DNA of 61,501 bases, filler included, from Porpidia crustulata (lineage: Eukaryota), in NCBI GenBank assembly GCA_964255105.1. It is 4 parts of 4 records of this genome, joined end to end, with 100 filler letters (N's around TTAATTAATTAA, not from the genome) between each part and the next. Parts side by side here need not be neighbours in the genome. Positions count along the whole stretch, not along the records: positions 1 to 15,311 come from CAXUWE010000322.1; positions 15,412 to 30,721 come from CAXUWE010000323.1; 2 more parts are not named here. One strand, 5' to 3'. Below, one piece after another: positions 13,186 to 24,946 of the stretch. The notes beneath the pieces were generated by a model. That model saw only the letters and a program-made list of their open reading frames with translations, was not told where the DNA came from and did no database searches. Position 1 is the first letter of the stretch. Every line of letters begins with the position of its first letter. Both the position numbers and the translations under genes were made by a program.

Positions 13186-15123
13186 CTACGCCATGCTACC
13201 CCCACTGGCATTATGATTGCCTACCAAGCCTGCCATTTCCAATAACGCTCTATCAGCCTCAATATCCTTGCCTAATTTCAAATGCTTTCTAGCTTCTGCC
13301 TCGCGTTCCTCAAATGCCCACGCGGCTTTCTGCTTCTGGGCCTCCTCATCTCCTCCACAACCCCACACCTCCAGGCTCTCAATTTCAAATCTGTCTTGCC
13401 AGTCATGCTTCCTGCTCTTGCTCGGATGGAAAGAACCTCCCCCAGTGCTGTCGTGAGTAAAAACCCCGAATTCCAAAGATTCGTTCAGCATCAACGAGAC
13501 AGGACCAAGAGTAGTACGTGAAGAGAGACCAGAGATTGGTTTCGAAGGAGTAGGTGGGATTCCGAAGCTTATCCCAGATCTGGTGAACGTGATATAATCT
13601 TTACTGATGTTGCTTGCTTGGAAAACCTCATGAATTGGCTCGAGCTGGAACAGCAACATCCCGGAGCCACCTATTGCTTCTTTGTGGGTTTGCTTCCAGG
13701 GCACGTCAAGGTAAGCTCCGAAGACCACCCTCCCGGATGTGCTGTTTCCCGAGGCACCATCTGGGAACCTTTTGGGAGGCAAAGCGTCCGCGAAAGCTCG
13801 TTCTTGACTTCCTTGCGGTATGGATGACAGCCTGGTTCCAGCCACGAGCAATATGCTTGGTGCACGCCAATTGAGCACCTTGTGCTCAAGTGAACCAATA
13901 CTGAAGCCGGCATCACTGCCTGCATACAACGGTCGCAGAGATCGGAACACCGTGTTTCCTTTAAGGAAAAACGACAACTGGCTGAGAACATTAAGGTCAA
14001 GAATCTCGCCCTCTCTGGCTAGCACAGGTTCTAGTCGCAGATGCGGAGTCTGGGTTGTCGCTGGCGATGATAAGGTTGCTGCTGGCGATGATAAGGTTGC
14101 TGAGGTTGTCGATTTCCTACGCCGTGAGAGATCAATGTTTTTACTGAAAAGAAAATGTTCGAAGAGCGGATTCAGCCCATCGAACATGTATGGTAGAGAT
14201 GCCGGCACAATCGTGTTGAAAGAATGATAAAAGATACCCCCGTTCTGTTCCGGAGTGAAAGACCACAAAATGCAGTCAGCGACTCGACGAAGACCCTCTA
14301 ATCTCGCTTCGGTCAGCTGCTGAGCATGGGATGATAAATTTTCCTGGGAATCCAAAGGTGCTATTATGAGCAGCAGCATGATGAGTTTTCTAAAATTATC
14401 AGTAGGTATCTGTGCATGATGAATCTTGGTGTCAGCTCTTTGGTCAAATTTGAAGACCTCAATAGCATCCAAGGAGTCTAGTGCGGCAAGTGCCAATTCA
14501 TCGTCGTCTTCATCTTCATCCTCCTCATTAGCAGGCTCGTCAATAGAGAACCCTCCCATATGAGAATGAGGTCTCTCGTTCGTTGATTCGTCCACGGGAC
14601 TAGGTTTTTCACGTGAATCACTCAGTGTTTCCGGCAACGGTCTCTCGTGCACAGAGCTCAACCTCCGGTCAAACACGGCTAAGCTTCGAAAGAGCAACTT
14701 ATTGCGATCTGCTTTGCCTCGTTTCAGGATTCTTCCATATCTTTCAGTCATAACAACTACGACCTTAAGCATTGCTTCAATCGTCAAGATGCTAGGTGCA
14801 AGACTTGGAAAAGGAAATGCACCAAGGTATGTTGCCATTTGATAAATCACCGGCCCGGGGCCAAGAGCGTCTGGTATGACCAGAAAGCGGCAGAGTGTTT
14901 CTTCTTTCCAATAATGGATACCGTCTTGGTCATCGGCCAGAGTTCGGAAGATGTCCTTAAAGTGAGTAAGTTCAAGGGGCGTAAAGCACTTTTTTGCAAA
15001 CCGAAGTGCGAGCTCATGACTCAAGCGTTCTTCAACAGTAAGCTATTTTCCTTACACGGCGGTAGAGGACGGACCCGTAGACACATTACGAGAGCCTTGC
15101 TCTTCGGAGTGTCCTTGACCCAT
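13186..15123 (-). CDS. RTC5: TLDc-domain protein Rtc5
   Basis: Exon 1 starts MGQGHS (myristoylation-type); LYAGSDAGFS, WRAPSILLV, LFQLEPIHEVF, LEVWGCG, DRALLEMAGL. Confidence 0.88.
14060..14101. repeat. Perfect 2x21-nt in-frame tandem duplication within RTC5 (ATLSSPA x2)
   Basis: gctggcgatgataaggttgct repeated twice. Confidence 0.8.
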
Positions 15124-15311
15124 GGTCAATTTTTCAGGAATATCATGCTATTCAATCTTCAATTGAAGATGGATGATATCAAATCAGGCTTGCTAAAGAG
15201 GTTGATACTGTCGTCTGTGGCTCCCCCCGCCACCCCGCGTGGTTCCCGTTGGCTATTCCGCCTATTCCGCTCATTCCGCTGGTGTCGCGGGACTGTGACA
15301 CAAAATTGACA

Positions 15312-15411
15312 NNNNNNNNNNNNNNNNNNNNNNNNNNNNNNNNNNNNNNNNNNNNTTAATTAATTAANNNNNNNNNNNNNNNNNNNNNNNNNNNNNNNNN
15401 NNNNNNNNNNN
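15312..15411. other. Artificial contig linker
   Basis: 44 N + TTAATTAATTAA (stops in all six frames) + 44 N. Confidence 0.99.
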
Positions 15412-16059
15412 GGAAAGGGGGGTGATGGAAGAAGTGGAGTGAGAAGAAAGAGGGAGACGAGGAGGAGGAGAGTGGAAAGCGATATTTTTGGTTTAGGCGT
15501 ACCCCAATTGATCATAGTTTCCCCAAAGCGACAGCGAGGTGATAGGTGAGCAGGATGCAGGGGAATGAGCATGATATGTTAGATTATTGATGGCGCTTTG
15601 CATGCACGGCATAGAAGATTCGAATTGTGCTCTACGATTAATGGTCACGTGCTGATGCAGGCACTAGGTACTAGGTAGGCGGGTGACTACTACATGGAAT
15701 TGTTACTACAAGTACAGAAGCCACACTTTCGGATTCTTTTGTATGTATTAACCAATCGATCGCCCTGCATTTGCTGATCACACCGCAACCGGTACTGTGT
15801 AGATAATGCTTTTGCATCACCGAGGCAGAAAAGCAACCCGGGCGAAGAAGTCAAATCATCAGTGTACTATCTCCTACAACACAAGATCCGTCATGGTAGC
15901 TTACGTAATGATTGGCCCCCGACCTGAAAATACAAGCACTACTAAGGCGGGGCGGATCAGGCAGTGCAGAGGTCACCTCAATATCCAAGCTGGGCCATAA
16001 TATGTGCCCCGTAGGAGCGTCATATTCTCACAGACATTGCTGCAAGCTAAAAAGCTAAG

Positions 16060-17406
16060 ATGGCGCCTCCTCAACATAGCCATCAGTCAATCTTCTTGCC
16101 CCAGACTCGAGAGCCTGACTTCTCCAAGTCTTCTCCAGCTTTGCGCATCATGTCGATGAACTCATCCCAGACAACGTCTGTCATCAGTGCCCTCGGAACC
16201 CTTGTAGGCTACATTGGTGCCGAGGCTGCCACTGAAGACGTCTTTGAGCGGCTTTTGTGGCCCCAACGCTTCTTTAACGCCATGTCCCGCCAGGACTTTC
16301 TTCAGATCGGTTTCCTAACGCCCATGGGTGGACCGCTTCACAGGGCCGCTACAGGAACGTTGGATAAGATGCACCGTAATGGTCTGTTCAGCGGTCGCAG
16401 TCTCGGTAACATGTTAGGCACTGCCTTCTTCCATGACACCGGGCTTAAGTACAAGGTCCATGAGCAGCAAAAGGTCATTGGCAAAGAACACGTGAGGAAT
16501 GGCGTATGGGTTCGAGCCATTCAGAGAGTCGCGATGCCAGCGACATTTGATAAAGAACGTCATGCGGAAGACGGCGTCACGGAACGGAAGTTCGTTAGAG
16601 CACGATCGGTAGTTAACATCCTAGAATTATCATATTCGGAGACAGTCAAGGACTCTAAGAAAGCTGTTCGGAATGACGCTAGCAAAATCACACTCCGTTG
16701 CATCCTTACTATCATTTGGAGCGAGATCACTGGCGTCGCCGCTGCAGGTCTTGCCTTTGGACATTGGAGATCATACTTCAGCCTGCTCTGGCTGATGCCT
16801 CTTTTTCTCAAATTAGTGAGCGCTATATCTGCCATCCCTCGGGAAGATCTTCAAGGAAAGCCGGCCTCGAACGATGCCCATCCAGAGAGCATCAAACAGT
16901 TCGAGGTAAATACAAACGGCCACGGCTTCCTCATCGTTGAAGGCACAGATTCCGTTGTCCTTCAATTCTTCAGACATTACGGCCATCCAATCCGCGTTCG
17001 TTGGCGAGAACTTACGCAGCTTTGCATTATCGTTATGTTTGGTGCATTGTTCCCAATCGGACTAGTCTGTTCCCTTTTATGGATGCCTGTGGGTTTGCAG
17101 TTCGCGTGGTTCTCATACCAGCTTTACGCCACGACTGCCATGTATATATATCGCTACGCCCGAGGGTATCAGTGGACGACCACGGAATCAAGACTTGCTC
17201 GGAGATTCTCCGAAGGAAATAACGAAGAGCGAATCGCTTACCTGCAGAGCGACAGCAGAAACGCCGTAATGGGGAAGTTGACCCGAATCTACGTGGGAAG
17301 TTATGGTGAGGGCCAACAGATTGTCAAAGCGCTCTTGGTACAGAGGAAAGATGGTCCAGAGAAAGAAGCGAAAGAGGTTGGAACTGACAGCAACTCTGAT
17401 ACATGA
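16060..17406 (+). CDS. Uncharacterised multi-pass membrane protein, copy 1 (paralog of 23606-24946)
   Basis: Intronless 448-aa ORF with about 4 hydrophobic helices; many motifs shared with the ORF at 23606; true start may be the later MSMNSS. Confidence 0.85.
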   Translation: MAPPQHSHQSIFLPQTREPDFSKSSPALRIMSMNSSQTTSVISALGTLVGYIGAEAATEDVFERLLWPQRFFNAMSRQDFLQIGFLTPMGGPLHRAATGTLDKMHRNGLFSGRSLGNMLGTAFFHDTGLKYKVHEQQKVIGKEHVRNGVWVRAIQRVAMPATFDKERHAEDGVTERKFVRARSVVNILELSYSETVKDSKKAVRNDASKITLRCILTIIWSEITGVAAAGLAFGHWRSYFSLLWLMPLFLKLVSAISAIPREDLQGKPASNDAHPESIKQFEVNTNGHGFLIVEGTDSVVLQFFRHYGHPIRVRWRELTQLCIIVMFGALFPIGLVCSLLWMPVGLQFAWFSYQLYATTAMYIYRYARGYQWTTTESRLARRFSEGNNEERIAYLQSDSRNAVMGKLTRIYVGSYGEGQQIVKALLVQRKDGPEKEAKEVGTDSNSDT

Positions 17407-18412
17407 CAAAGAACGGGCGATAAGTCAGATCGAAACTCCTGAATCAAAGCCGGTGTAGCCTGATATTAGTTTGGTCACGTCACCAGCTTATGAATAACAT
17501 GAAAATTCCTCGCAAACGGGCAGACAACAAAGGTAGTATCCAGACTTTCTCATATTTGATCTGTATGGAGCGCTGGTGTACAAACAATTATATACGACAA
17601 AAGTGTATTTTATCTCTTGCATAGCACGTACTTAGTGGGAAGCCTTTGGCACTCTTCATCTCACTCGCTATCGTATAAAAACGTCATGTATCAGCACAAC
17701 GAAGGTCGATCGCCTTGAGCACAGTAGAGCGCACGGCGTAAATATCGCCTCACAGAGAAGCCCCTCTTCAAGTAGAACCCTTGTGGGCCCTTGCGGGGCT
17801 CATCCATCAGTCCTACGCAGCTACGCCTCTGCATGGAATACTCCTCACCCGTCCCCCAACGAACCTCGCGCTTTCTCACCCTAAACCCCCAGCGACACCA
17901 CATCCCACCTCAATCACGGCAATCTCGACCGGAAACAGCGCAACAGCCATTGATGAGTTGCACGATGCAACAAATCGCGGATCAAAGACGTGAAGATGAC
18001 GCGGGACCGATAGGATGCTTCCAAACCAAGAAAATCGGGGGAGGAAGGGGGGTTGTCGCTAACGGCGAGGGAGATTGATCTGTCCAGAGGAAATCATCGC
18101 TACTGTGGCTTCCTTGAGGACTAGATGAGATTCAATTCACATGTGGATAAGGGAGCCGGCGGAGGACGGCTCGGGGGAAGGGCGTTGTGCGGAGATGGAT
18201 TAGGCATTGATGTCTGAGCCACCTGGATACGGATTTTACAAAGCGAGCACACCGGGATTATATTTGGTGCTGCCGTCTAATGTTAGGAGCCCGAATTGTA
18301 GAGTCATGCCTGCCTATGCCTGCGAGAATCTCTGTGGCCAACAGAGTGCTAGCACAGCTGATTTTACCACTTATGCCAGACAGCTCGTCATATTCCAGGC
18401 TAACGGGGCCGA

Positions 18413-21023
18413 TTATAGGACTGTCCAGTTTGGGTATCGTGTAGGAAATATGTCCTGCTGGGATTCCTTGGGACCATAGGGTCTCGAATTGAAGACTCCG
18501 ATCTTGACGAGAACATTTTGCTCAATCTCCACCAACGCTATTCCGAAGACGGTTTCTTTCCCAAGCGTTTGCGCGCGGCTGAGGGCTACCAGGTGGGTCG
18601 GTAAGCTGAGGAACGACTTGGCTTTCCATTCCCAAAGGTCAACAGTTTTGTATCGCGTGTCGTGATCCAACTTCCAAGGATCCTTGACATAAGAGGTCTC
18701 CTTGTCTGACACGTACGCCAAGCAAATGTTCCCTATCAAAGTATAATTCGGGGATGCCGCGTACTCGGTCAGGATCGCTGCTTCGAGGATTGTGACGGAT
18801 CCGTCGGAGTTGAGAGTCCAAGTCCGCACCGAAGGATGGTCCTCTACTTCCGCTACTGAAAACCCATCGAACTTCTCCTCGCTATCTTGATCGTAGACTG
18901 GTGAAAATGGTAGAAGTGAGCCATGGATGTTCGGCTTCTGAAGGAGTTCGGTGTGGCTGGCTGAACGAACGATGACTGAGTTGTAAAACTCAGATCCTAT
19001 GATACTTACCACTTCCCGGAGAAAGGCCAATGGATATAAGCCGAGAACGAGATTTGCATTCGCATCGTGCCCGCTGCGAAGAGCTTCAGTCCACCAGTTC
19101 GTTGCGCCAATTACAGACATGATTGCCTCTGCACGACCCTCACTGCAATGTCTCTGAACTCCGAGTCTGGTAATTGTTTCCTGTCTGGGATCATCTAACA
19201 TGCTCATCCTTTCGAATAGTTCGAACAGCTCGACAAAGCCTCTAGGATATTTTCCACCGTGTATCAAAGCTTCCAGCTTTCCAGTCGATGTGTTCTCATA
19301 ATAAGTAGAGTCAAGCTGATGGCTTTGGGTAGAGTCTGGATCACAGAGGATCTCAAAGAGTGCAAGCTCATACACAATCCATCTCGTCAATGCGATAAGA
19401 CCATCTAGTGGTACCGGCATCTGCGGTCCTACACTCAGAATCTTCCAATCTTGCTTGCACAGCAATAGATCTGGGCGAAGGCAGGCTTCTTGCAAGGTCC
19501 ACAGGGATGTAAACCATCCCAAAGGCACCATATCACTCCTATGTATTTCCGCTCGATATTCACAAGGCTGGAAAAGTCCCGTTGCCGTAGAGGCACTGTC
19601 AAATGTGAACGTCATTAATGAATCCATATCAAGTTGTGCAGCGCGGTTTTCATAACTCGTGTAAAGCATATACTTCAATGACATCCATTCCACTGCGCTT
19701 TCCAGACCTGACCAATCTTCTACTGTATTTAACCATGCAATTGCATACTGAGCTTTCCTAAAAATTGTAGCTTGTCTGGCTATCTCCTCCAATGCTCTTG
19801 CAGACCGATCTTGCGGGATGCAAAAGAGGTCGAACCAGATGTAAGGGGTTTTGGTTGGCACATTTACGAGAATCTGAGGAAGATCTTTGACGTCGAAAAT
19901 TCCATTCTCCGGTATCAGCCAATTCTCGACGCCAGCGACTCTCACAGGTGGCGTCGACTTCTTCCAGCGTCCCCAAGTATGACTAATCGCCGTGTAGAGG
20001 ATCGTTGATTGTAGGCTACTGGTCTCAACAGTCCGTTTGTTTTCCACATCCCATAAGTAAAAAGGAAGACCGGAATGATGTCGGTCATCGGAAAGCCAAT
20101 CACAAGGTTCGATGTGTGCCCCGAAACGACTCCGGTAATCTTGTAATGTACGTTTCGATGCTGTTGAGTGTCGCCCAGACTGGTCTAAGGAAAGTCTGTA
20201 ATTATAGGGATTATTGGTTCTGGATACCAGCCAATCTTTGCCAATCCTATCTACTGCACTTCCAACCTTGGATCCTGAGCAGGACACAGCGATTCTCCAA
20301 CAAGAGGCTTCTGTAGCCGCCCATCGTCTAATAGCACCCAGTTTTTCCTCTTCAGCAGCTTCAAGCCCAAACTCGATTTGGAAAAGGCGTTCGACTTGCC
20401 GGTCATAGGATGTCTTCGGCAGCCGGCTTGGATTACCATCGGCATCGATTAATGACGGGATGGAGTCCGATACAAATGGATAGGATGTAGACACGGAAGG
20501 TTCTTGTGGCATCGCCTCGCGCTTCGTAAAGACCCGGAAGCCTCTTAGTGGCGGTTTCCAAGGGCTTCTATAAAGAGGGTAAAGTAAGTAAACGTCGCTC
20601 TCTGTTAAAAGCGGCCACAGGGACTCATCCCGACTATTCCCCGAAGCATCAAAGTCGACAACTTCATCTACTCGACGGTCCAGATAGCAGTGTAGCCACT
20701 CGAGGATCAGTTCAAAGGAGTTTCTTTGCTCAGTTGACAGGAGAGCTTCGAATTTCTTACAGGGCGATTCTTCCTCGACGAAGAATCGAAGTTTGACCGC
20801 CAGGTTCCATGCTTCAAATGCTGTTGCAATGATCTCCCTACTTTCTGTAGGAATGAACTCGTCTTCCCAAGGTTCAGGGGACGTCAACAAATCTCCCTGA
20901 AGTCTGTTCTCGCCCAAGGTGAGTTGGACGGCCTCGCCCAGCGAACCCGGCTAATCATCGATTGAGCATCAAGACTGTTGTAAACGACAATCTCTATCTT
21001 ACTATGAAATTACATCTCGGCAT
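18413..21023 (-). CDS. HET-domain protein, copy 1
   Basis: YTAISHTWG, YIWFDLFCIPQD, EIARQATIFRKA, WFTSLWTLQE; short exon 1 (ATG 21023, donor gtaaga) splices in frame at 20950. Confidence 0.88.
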
Positions 21024-21559
21024 GCTTTGCTCAGCTAATATTGGTAACGGTCTGGTATGTATTAAATAACTTATTGGTTTTGTTTCGCTGAAGAAGCTAC
21101 CTCGGTGCTGGAACAAGGCTCGCTTGTCAATCCCCTGTCGGCTCTTGCAGCCTGCCAGCCTGAAATTCTACTTACTTCCACACGAAGGTTTCAAACTCAC
21201 GTTCAAAAGAACTTTTTGTGCTTAGTATGTTCGACGTGTCACCCAGCGCTCTAGTAGATTTTACGCGATTAGTGATTTTCGGCACATCCATAAGAGAGCG
21301 CCTACCTCCCTCGACTGTGTGACCCTCGATTCTTAGCCAAGGGGAGGACAGTTACCCAAAAGCTAAGGAGTACTGATAAGATCTAGTTTCATGCACTGAA
21401 GTAACTCGAAAGCTTTCCACGCAATAGCTCGAGAACACCAGCCGATATCCCAACCCACCGACTGCATCCACACTCCTCACCAACCCCCATATCCCGCTTC
21501 GTTCTCCCTTGTTCCCCGTTCCCTTACTTCCCCATCTGCCCCCATGAGCCATACTACCC

Positions 21560-21822
21560 CAAAAAACAAAGCAAATGTTGCGCGGCCTCTGCGTATTCCT
21601 CCAGATAAATTTCTCATCACCCGACGATCTCTTTGCTTTGGAATTCCTAGTCAACATGCTCTGAATACTCATACAAACGCTCTTTTATATTCCACACTGG
21701 GTTTCAGTCGTGCGTGCCGAGAAGATCGAGGCAGATGATGTCGTTGCGATCGATGTGAGGATGAAGGGGAATGAGGCTGGGGTGGCGTGATGAGAAGGAG
21801 GAAGGTTTACTTCGAAGTGCTT
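21560..21822 (-). pseudogene. Decayed 3' exon of a UBE2W-type ubiquitin-conjugating enzyme
   Basis: IPLHPHIDRNDIICLDLLGTHD*NPVWNI, frameshift, then SVCMSIQSMLTRNSKAKRSSGDEKFIWRNTQRPRNI; resembles the E2 active-site region HPHIYSNGxICLDLL; stop at the conserved Trp. Confidence 0.75.
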
Positions 21823-23605
21823 CTGTCGAGGGTTGAGGTGAGGTGCGAGTGATGAATCGGGGGTTTGTGGTCGGCTGCGGGAAAGAAAAGGGAAAGAAAA
21901 GAGATACGGATGGGATAGTTGACACGAAAGCGGAAACGGAGACGATGGATGACGTCGATATAAAAGGAAATTTGCGTCGAGTACACGAACGTTCATTTGT
22001 CGTTCTCTAAACAACCATCGACGAAGGCATGACTATTGCCTGGAAGAGGATTTCCTGGAACTTTCAATGGGATTTCAAGTAGATTTATGACGATTACATA
22101 GAAATGGGAATGAGATCATGGAGAGAGGAAAGAAAAGAGTATCTTAGTGAGCTTTCTCAAAGCTTCTAAAGCGCAATATCAATACAGTCTTCGGTTTATT
22201 CTTGATAAAGGCTTGAAACTAGAGTAAGGAAACTCCAGTCGGTGAATTTGCGAGAATTGAAGCTGTTGCTCAATAACGAGGTTTTGTTGGGATGAACGGG
22301 AGACTTGTAGGGGATGTCCTCGCGCCCCAAGCATTGCAGCCTTTTCGTAATTGTTTATGTTGGCCATGGTCCCCATTCCTCTCCTTCCCTTTCGAATTCC
22401 CCCGGCTTGGTCCTTGACAGCCCCTGCTACTACGCAGACGCAGATATTCGGTTATTCAGCAGTCAAAAATCTCCGATATACTGTTCTTCACAAGATGCCT
22501 CTCCTACCGATACCAATACAGCTTTCATCCATACTGCTCGGCAGACTTCTTCCAGTCCGATCCCCACGACGATGGTAGATAGCATGTGAAGAAAGCGTAG
22601 TCGCGAAGTTGATGTATAGTAAAATCGTCCTGTTGAAGAAATTATTTGTATTTGGAAAAGTTTCTGCTAGTTAAAAGGGCGCCGAATTGCTGATTGATGG
22701 TGTTGGGTGTTGAAGTAGGATGGCAGCGATGTGTTCGAGATGCTCGCTATCAAAGGGAGGTAATATTAGGCTAAATACCTAGATTAATCGGCGAACAGCG
22801 GGTCGGCTAAACTGGCCATACGAGCATGCCGCGGGCTGTGTAAGTAGTTTGATCTCTGAGACGGCCCATCATGCATACCTTATACGGTGTAGACTGGGGA
22901 GCCCTGAGCCTCGATGAGGTCCCAGACTTTGACTATTGGCCCTTCCCTGCGGGATCGCTCCGCCTGAGGCTGCCACCTGGCTAATCGTTGGCTTGAGGCT
23001 CATCTACGTAAGTAATTAGTACCGATTGGAGTAGGGTTGAAGCCCCTGGCCCTAAGTCGCAGGGCGCAGCCCTAAGCGGAAAGGTCCTGTACAAGTGACG
23101 AGCTGGGGATTTCTCGCTCTGGGATCTCTCCCATGTCTTTGAATGATATCATGCTCGCCTTGTAATTCTTCAACGAAGAAAACCATAAAGGGTAGTCGAG
23201 AGTCATGCAATGCTCTTGGATCTTTTCCTGTCAAATCTCTCCACCCCTCCTTGCTAGTACAAGGGTAGGTTCTTTTGCATCCTCAACCTCAAACAGAAGA
23301 CGTTGCGAGACTGCTCCCGCTGACACGTCAGCTGCTACGCTAAAGCATCCTTCGCAAGTGCTTAGACTATGACAGCTCTCAGCTCTTGCGGGTGCAGTCC
23401 CACTGAAGGCCATTGTATTCCACTTACGATGTTGGAGATCCTGAGTCATCCCTGGCATCCCGTTGATCCGCTCACTACGGCAAACTCTAGTCGTAGCTCG
23501 CCCGACCCGTATGATAGATATAGAGGGAGCCCGCCTGGTGGGATTAGATGCAACTACACAAAAGTCGTTTACCTTGTCGGAAATTGAGACAACCGACTCC
23601 CATAG

Positions 23606-24946
23606 ATGGCTACAGGAACACCGTCGTCTGTTGCCTTTGGCGCCTTGGGCACATTGGTTGGGTACGTGGGAGCAGAGGTGGCGTCGGATTCGATGTTCTC
23701 TCGTTTGCTGTGGCCCGCACGCTTCTACAACACCTCCAACCCTGGCGAGCTTGTGGCCATAGCAGCTCTGATGCCAATGGGAGGGCCGATTCACAAAGCT
23801 GCCCTGGTGGTGCTCGACCGACTCATTACGTCAGGGCTGAACAAAGGGTATTGCAGAGGCGATATGCTGGGTACTAATTTCTACGAAGACATCAAGGAGA
23901 GCTACACAGTGAAGGTGGGCGCTGATGATGAGAACGAGCAGCAGAAAGAGGTGAGGAACGGATTCTGGATTAGGGTCATGGGGCTCGTCACTTGGACTGC
24001 GACGCATGATCATGAGAATGCCCAACCATTGAAAGTCGGTACCGAAGATGAAGACGCGGCCGAGCGAGTATCCCGACTTAGAGCCAAACGGCCCTTGTTT
24101 TGGTTGAGGCTGAATTACGATTTCGATGGCTACAATAGCAGCGATAGCTCTAAGCAATCCATAAAAATTGGTAGCGCACCAAAACTTTCACCACAGGCAA
24201 AATCGAGCCCTAAATCAACGCCCCTGATCCGCGAAAACTCCGGACCATGCGGATGGCGAGTCATTCAAGGGACCATTATAAGCGAGACGACAAGCTTCTG
24301 CGTTGGTATTTTCTTAGCGGTATATTGGAAAAGTTTTTTCGCCATCTGGTTCTTCATTCCACTGCTCATCAAGTTCATGGCTTTGGCTTTCTCTGTGCGA
24401 CGGCAAGCGCTAGAACCTCCATCTGAGCATGCGCTCTCGAACCGGAAGCCTGGACAAACGCACGATAAATGGATTGTCGAGTTTTCCGATTTCAGCAAAG
24501 GTTTCTTCCTCATAGAGGGCCCTCGAGCTCTAGTTTTGCAGTTTTTCAAACATTACGGACATCCCGAACGTCACCGGCGTGGCATCAATGGCGATCGTCC
24601 CCGCGAATTGCTCTCTCTGGCCATGGTCGTGCTCTGCATTTTGATATTCCCTGCAGGCCTCATCGCCTTTGTCTTTGCTCCTCAAGCGATACAGTGGACA
24701 TGGCTGGGTTACCAGCTCTACACAATCTTGGCCATGCATTTTTCCCGCTTTTGTCATGGGGATTATATAGGGTCAACAGAAGCTCAGTTAGCCCGGATGC
24801 TGCGGCATCAGGAACCCGTGCGCCTTTGTGATGCTCGAGGAAATACCCTAATTGCAAAATTAAATATCGAGGTTGTTGATAGTGTTGTGCATGGGAGACA
24901 TGAAATAGAGCGAAGGCTAGGGAAGGTCCTTGAAGATCGGTGTTGA
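23606..24946 (+). CDS. Uncharacterised multi-pass membrane protein, copy 2 (paralog of 16060-17406)
   Basis: Intronless 446-aa ORF; LGTLVGYVGAE, RLLWPARFYN, PMGGPIHKAA, VLQFFKHYGHP, WLGYQLY. Confidence 0.85.
   Translation: MATGTPSSVAFGALGTLVGYVGAEVASDSMFSRLLWPARFYNTSNPGELVAIAALMPMGGPIHKAALVVLDRLITSGLNKGYCRGDMLGTNFYEDIKESYTVKVGADDENEQQKEVRNGFWIRVMGLVTWTATHDHENAQPLKVGTEDEDAAERVSRLRAKRPLFWLRLNYDFDGYNSSDSSKQSIKIGSAPKLSPQAKSSPKSTPLIRENSGPCGWRVIQGTIISETTSFCVGIFLAVYWKSFFAIWFFIPLLIKFMALAFSVRRQALEPPSEHALSNRKPGQTHDKWIVEFSDFSKGFFLIEGPRALVLQFFKHYGHPERHRRGINGDRPRELLSLAMVVLCILIFPAGLIAFVFAPQAIQWTWLGYQLYTILAMHFSRFCHGDYIGSTEAQLARMLRHQEPVRLCDARGNTLIAKLNIEVVDSVVHGRHEIERRLGKVLEDRC

Noticed and set aside
15356..15367. 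TTAATTAATTAA repeated three times in the window
   Set aside because: Synthetic six-frame stop linker, not a biological repeat
15553..15569. 16/17-nt match to 21759-21775 (LIPLHP)
   Set aside because: Too short, and the flanks do not align
17876..17950. 24-codon hydrophobic minus-strand ORF MAVALFPVEIAVIEVGCGVAGGLG between M1 and HET1
   Set aside because: No counterpart found in module 2 and no repeats or processing sites; likely chance
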